A stretch of 64,000 nt of DNA from Pirellulales bacterium (GTDB lineage Bacteria > Planctomycetota > Planctomycetia > Pirellulales > PALSA-1355), in NCBI GenBank assembly GCA_963733035.1, contig CAVTBU010000006.1, positions 480,001-544,000 of the forward strand, given 5' to 3'. Shown here one piece after another: positions 59,735 through 64,000 of this stretch. The translations under genes and the position numbers were made by a program. The notes below the pieces were generated by a model, which was given only the letters and a program-made list of their open reading frames with translations, ran no database searches and was not told where the DNA came from. How positions within the stretch are numbered: the stretch's first letter is position 1; each line of letters opens with the position of its first letter.

Positions 59735-60490
59735 TCAGGCGGCACGGGCGCGGTTGTGGTAAGCGTCGATCACGCGCGCCGGGTCGCCGAACTCGACCAT
59801 GCGGCCGGACTCGAGTAGCGCCACGCGGTCGCTGATCCGGGCAACCGTGCCTACGTCGTGGCTTACGAAGATCATGGTCGTACCGCGATGCCGGAATTGT
59901 TCCATCCGGTTGAGGCATTTCTGCCGAAAGCGGGAATCACCTACGGCCAGCACTTCATCGACCAGCAGAATATCGGGATCAAGGTGCACGGCGACGGAAA
60001 AGCCCAACCGCACGACCATCCCCGAGGAATACGTTCGCAGTGGAGCATCGATGAAATCATTGAGTTCGGAAAAAGCGATGATATCGGCCGTTCGTTCTTG
60101 GACTTCCTGGCGCGTCAGCCCGAGCAGCACGCCGTTGAGCAGGATGTTTTCCCGGCCGGTCAGCTGCTGGTTGAATCCGGCCCCCAGTTCCAAGAGAGGA
60201 CAAATTCGCCCGTGCGTTTCCAAAGACCCTTGGGAAGGCTTGAGAACGCCGGCAATGAGGCCCAGCGTAGTGCTTTTGCCGGCTCCATTGCGACCGATCA
60301 AACTCAGACACTCGCCGCGACGTACTTCGAACGAGACATCGAGTAGGGCGTCGAACGGCTTTCGCCGCCGAATTGCCTTGATCTGGCTTGGTAGATGCAG
60401 CACGAGGTGCTTGAAGCCTTCCCCGACTGGACTGCCCAGGTAATAGCGTTTTGATACGTCGGTTAGCCGGATGGCCACATCGCTAGACAA
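59735..60490 (-). CDS. wzt: Polysaccharide ABC transporter ATP-binding protein (Wzt-type, no C-terminal carbohydrate-binding domain)
   Basis: GRNGAGKST, LELGAGF, YSSGM, LLVDEVLAVGD, VSHD; TTG start overlaps the wzm stop. Confidence 0.9.
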   Translation of the reverse strand: MSSDVAIRLTDVSKRYYLGSPVGEGFKHLVLHLPSQIKAIRRRKPFDALLDVSFEVRRGECLSLIGRNGAGKSTTLGLIAGVLKPSQGSLETHGRICPLLELGAGFNQQLTGRENILLNGVLLGLTRQEVQERTADIIAFSELNDFIDAPLRTYSSGMVVRLGFSVAVHLDPDILLVDEVLAVGDSRFRQKCLNRMEQFRHRGTTMIFVSHDVGTVARISDRVALLESGRMVEFGDPARVIDAYHNRARAA

Positions 60491-61295
60491 TTTCTGCGAA
60501 CCTCCACACCTTCTTGCTATAGATGGTGAATCCGAGTCCTGCGAGTGTGACGGACCAACCGGCGGCAGCTGCCAGGTGCGAGAGGTCCACGCTGTTGCCA
60601 TAGAAAACACCCTGCCAACAAAGGATCAAATTGGCGAATGGATTCACGTATAGAATCCAGTGGTACGATGCAGGAATCATGTCGACCGAATAGACAATCG
60701 GCGTCATGTAGAATAGCGCCTGCACGGCAAGTGATGTCAGACGTTCCAGATCGCGGAAGAACAAATTACAGGTGGCGATGGTCAGCCCCACTCCCGTCAT
60801 CATCAACAATTGTAGAGCGAGAAGCGCCGGAACGGCCCACAGCCAATCCCAGTGCGGGGTCCTGCCGTAGTACCACATGAACCCCAAGATCACCGGTATC
60901 GAACAGACGAAATGGATCGATTCGTTGAACACGCTCGAGAACACCAGCATGAAGCGGTGAAAGCGGACCTTTTTGATCAGCGACGCGTTACCGAGAAAAT
61001 AGCCGTTGGCGCCAAAACAGGTGTTGGCGATCCACTGCCAAGGAAACAGACTGGCAATCAGGTACAGCGTGTAGGCTGGTACCCGGACAAAAAAGCTGAA
61101 GAATAGCGAGAAAATTAGTGCCAATACCAGCGGATGAAGCACGCTCCAGGCATAGCCCATGAACGTGTTCTTATAGCGAACCTTGAATTCCTTGCCCAAC
61201 AGGACCAGAGTCAGGTCGCGGTAGTAGACGACGGTGCGGCTAGTTGGCCAGCCGCGAGCGAGTGCCGGACTTTTCAAATTCGCATTCCTTTGCAC
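60483..61295 (-). CDS. wzm: Polysaccharide ABC transporter permease (Wzm-type)
   Basis: KEFKVRYKNTFMGYAWS..P, NASLIKKV, FRD, FYMTPIVY, NPF; start may be TTG 61277. Confidence 0.9.
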   Translation of the reverse strand: MQRNANLKSPALARGWPTSRTVVYYRDLTLVLLGKEFKVRYKNTFMGYAWSVLHPLVLALIFSLFFSFFVRVPAYTLYLIASLFPWQWIANTCFGANGYFLGNASLIKKVRFHRFMLVFSSVFNESIHFVCSIPVILGFMWYYGRTPHWDWLWAVPALLALQLLMMTGVGLTIATCNLFFRDLERLTSLAVQALFYMTPIVYSVDMIPASYHWILYVNPFANLILCWQGVFYGNSVDLSHLAAAAGWSVTLAGLGFTIYSKKVWRFAEIV

Positions 61296-61720
61296 GAATC
61301 CTCGACGGCTGGCGACCGATAAACAGATTTGCGCGACAGCGTTTCAGTCACCTTGCCATGTGTTACGCATTCCTCGACATCCAGCCTTGACATGCACGTC
61401 CGCTTGCGGAGGTGTGCCTCTGAGTTTTTCAACCCTGACGATGCACACCACTTCGGGTCGTGCCGATGAAGTGAAGTTTGCCCGTCATTGGGGGATACTG
61501 TTGGCCGAACATCGAGCGAAACAATTTCGTTTCGCCGCGCAAACTACCGACGTGCAAGGCTATACCTGGAAAGTACCGAGCAGGTCAACATGTTTTTGTC
61601 GCTCGCGGCCGGCCAGTTCAGTTTTTGCAAGTCGGGCCGACAAAATGGTCTAGGTCAAGCAGGAGCCCCTTTGCTATAAGTCCGCCTCTTCCGTCCAAGA
61701 TGAACGGTCCGCTAGCTGCC

Positions 61721-62410
61721 ATGAAAACAGAAACATCACTTCCAGTTCGCTCGTTGACGCCGCCGTCTCGAAGCAGTGCGCGATCGTTGCCAAACGTGCC
61801 AATTGGTACAACCGTCGCGGCGCGCCCCATCGCGCAAATCGCCAGCCGGATGGTCGACGTCACGGTTTGTCTGGCCATGCTGGCGGTGTTGGCCGTACCC
61901 ATGCTGCTCATCGCGGCGCTAGTGAAACTGACGAGTCGTGGGCCAGCGCTCTATCGGCAGCAGCGAATTGGACTCAATGGACGGCCGTTCGTGATTTACA
62001 AGTTCCGCACCATGGGAGTCGACGCGGAAGTGGCCACCGGACCGATCTGGGCGAGGCGCGGCGACCCAAGATGCACCTTGATCGGTCATTTTCTGCGTCG
62101 TTGGTGCCTCGACGAACTACCGCAAATGTTCAATGTGCTGAAGGGGGAAATGAGTCTTGTTGGACCGCGCCCCGAACGTCCTTACTTCGTCAAGGAATTC
62201 TCTCAACGATACCCGCAGTACCCACAGCGGCATCAAGTTCTGCCGGGTATGACCGGCTGGGCACAAGTGAACGGCTGGCGGGGCGATTCGTCGCTCGAAA
62301 AGCGGATCGAGTTCGATCTGTACTACCTACGGCACTGGACCTTGCCATTTAATCTGAAGATTATCTTGCTTACGCCTTTCCGGCTGCTAATCGACCGTCA
62401 CGGCGGTTAA
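61721..62410 (+). CDS. Priming sugar transferase (polyprenyl-phosphate hexose-1-phosphate transferase domain)
   Basis: KLTSRGP..YRQ.R.GLNG..F..YKFRTM, DPR.T..G.FLR...LDELPQ..NVLKGEMSLVGPRPE, PGMTGWAQVNG; start uncertain (61700 or 61721). Confidence 0.92.
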   Translation: MKTETSLPVRSLTPPSRSSARSLPNVPIGTTVAARPIAQIASRMVDVTVCLAMLAVLAVPMLLIAALVKLTSRGPALYRQQRIGLNGRPFVIYKFRTMGVDAEVATGPIWARRGDPRCTLIGHFLRRWCLDELPQMFNVLKGEMSLVGPRPERPYFVKEFSQRYPQYPQRHQVLPGMTGWAQVNGWRGDSSLEKRIEFDLYYLRHWTLPFNLKIILLTPFRLLIDRHGG

Positions 62411-62431
62411 TTTGCCTCGTCGAGGGTTGGC

Positions 62432-64000
62432 ATGGACGCCACGCGGTATCGCCCCTATCTGCCACTGGCCGCGATTCTGCTCGGCACTGCCGTGTTGCAA
62501 GCCATTTTGCTTGTTCGCTTGCCGACAATCAGCGCCGACGGCATTATCTTCATCCGAGTTGCGCGCGAGTTGGCCGCTGCGCCGATCGAAACGATGCGAG
62601 CCGAAGACCAACACCCGGGTTTTCCGGCGATGCTCTTGGCCGCCACCTCCGTCTTGCAGGCGTGCGGATATCGCGACGATCCGGGTGTCTGGGTAACGGG
62701 CGGCCTGATTGTGTCTCTTTTGGCCGGCGTGCTGAGTGTGGCGGTCGTGTGGTGTTTTGCACGCGAGATGTTCGATACGACGATCGCCAACATTGCGGCC
62801 ATCGGTTTTGCGGTCCTGCCTGTTCCGCGCGCCGGAGCGGTTGATGCGCAGAGTGATACGCCGCACGCGTTGTTCTATCTGCTCGCGGCCTGGATGACCT
62901 CGACTGGCCTGGCCAACGGGAGCCTATGGCGGCTAGCCGCTGCGGGGCTTGCGAGCGGCCTGGCATTCTGGATTCGGCCCGAGGGCTTGGAAGTCGCGAT
63001 CGTCGCGTCACCGTTCATTCTTTGGCAGGCGTTTCGCGTAGCCTGGCCGTGGCGCAAATCGATCCTGGCGATGGTCGCGGTTGCTGGTCTGGCGTGTGTG
63101 ATTGCAACACCCTACATGCTGCTTGCCGGCAAGATTACCAGCAAGCAGTTGCTCATCTTCAAAGAAGAGCCACCCCCGAGCTATATCGAACGGCTGGCGG
63201 TGGCCGAGGAGACAGACGTAGAGCTGCCTGCTGAACAAGTTGCTAGCGGCGACAAAAGCGTGCAGCAAATCGTGTCTGCGGCAACTTCCGTGAGGTCGAC
63301 GCCGGCCTCCGGTCGGCCCACCAACGCCCCGTCCCCGCCATCCCCAATCGACGACGAGCCAGAATACTCCCCAGAACTCGTCGCGTCGGTGATCGGCTTG
63401 GCCTTTGCCGCATTCATCAATAGCATTTGTCAAGGGTTCAAGTTCGTCTTTATCCCGTTTTACTTACTCGGGAATGTGGCGCTGGCTTGGCGGCGCCCCG
63501 CCGGGATTCAGATCGCGTTTCTGGCTTGCCTTGGTGTTTCCCACATTCTGATTCTAATGGCAGTGTATGTCTTCTCGGGTTACATCGCACATCGACATAC
63601 GATTCCGTTGGTGGGATTGGCCATGCCGTTTGCCGCACTGGGGCTGTACCAGACATGTGGCGTTCTGGCCCGCTGGGTGCACGTCCCGCCGCGTTATTTG
63701 GCCGTCCCGACGTTGCTGGTCTGCTGTCTGACCGTGTTGCCGTACACGCTACGGCACTTGAACCGAGAGTTTCTACCGGTCATTGAAGCGACCACCTGGG
63801 TCAAGTCGCAACTGGCTCCAGGCGATGGGGTGGTCTGCAATTCGCCGTATGTGGGATTCTACGGTCGACTTCCTGTGGCCGAACTTTCGGCCCTTTCGCC
63901 GACGCTCGACGAAGCTCTATTGAAGGCACCCGACGCCCGCTACGACTACGTCGTCCTGCACGTCAATGCCCACGGCTTTCAGCCACGTTGGGTCGACGAG
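62432..64000 (+). CDS. GT-C fold (family 39/ArnT-PMT-like) membrane glycosyltransferase, runs off the window end
   Basis: Not in the ORF track; translated by hand from ATG 62432: MDATRYRPYLPLAAILLG...SADGIIFIRVA...DQHPGFP...SDTPH...AFWIRPEG. Many TM segments; no stop seen before 64000. Confidence 0.75.
   Translation, partial: MDATRYRPYLPLAAILLGTAVLQAILLVRLPTISADGIIFIRVARELAAAPIETMRAEDQHPGFPAMLLAATSVLQACGYRDDPGVWVTGGLIVSLLAGVLSVAVVWCFAREMFDTTIANIAAIGFAVLPVPRAGAVDAQSDTPHALFYLLAAWMTSTGLANGSLWRLAAAGLASGLAFWIRPEGLEVAIVASPFILWQAFRVAWPWRKSILAMVAVAGLACVIATPYMLLAGKITSKQLLIFKEEPPPSYIERLAVAEETDVELPAEQVASGDKSVQQIVSAATSVRSTPASGRPTNAPSPPSPIDDEPEYSPELVASVIGLAFAAFINSICQGFKFVFIPFYLLGNVALAWRRPAGIQIAFLACLGVSHILILMAVYVFSGYIAHRHTIPLVGLAMPFAALGLYQTCGVLARWVHVPPRYLAVPTLLVCCLTVLPYTLRHLNREFLPVIEATTWVKSQLAPGDGVVCNSPYVGFYGRLPVAELSALSPTLDEALLKAPDARYDYVVLHVNAHGFQPRWVDE

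Noticed and set aside
1..64000. CRISPR arrays, tRNA/rRNA genes, transposases, integrases, prophage or defence genes
   Set aside because: No regularly spaced repeats, cloverleaf/T-loop signatures or corresponding protein motifs were seen by eye; tRNAscan, Infernal and CRISPR finders were not run.

Overview
GC-rich chromosomal window from a Planctomycete (Pirellulales-like; indicated by a DUF1501 + PSD1/planctomycete cytochrome c pair, EPLExRRML-leader surface proteins with dockerin-like ends, and a PQQ-like propeller). About 43 protein genes; no rRNA, tRNA, CRISPR or mobile element was recognised. Contents: housekeeping genes (infA, lysA, efp with epmA/epmB, thyX, murJ, csrA, RNase Z-like); a three-gene membrane-fusion-protein cluster without an ABC ATPase or TolC (GAF-HlyD, HlyD, PqqD-like/M50-peptidase-HlyD); two paralogous modular surface proteins that could be its substrates; and a Wzm/Wzt polysaccharide locus with a sulfotransferase-like gene, running off the right end. 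Main observations: (1) the M50/HlyD cluster and the leader-motif surface proteins may form a leader-peptide-recognising export system; (2) 5 of 9 complete genes of the polysaccharide locus end in Ala-Ala versus 0 of 33 elsewhere, suggesting a shared ClpXP-type degron; (3) a ~177-nt rod-like candidate structured RNA lies upstream of the export operon; (4) a tandem alphaCTD-like/sigma4-like protein has a repeat-rich 790-bp upstream region; (5) single-base frameshifts cluster at 36.4-40.1 kb and are probably sequencing errors. All family assignments come from motif recognition by eye, not database searches.
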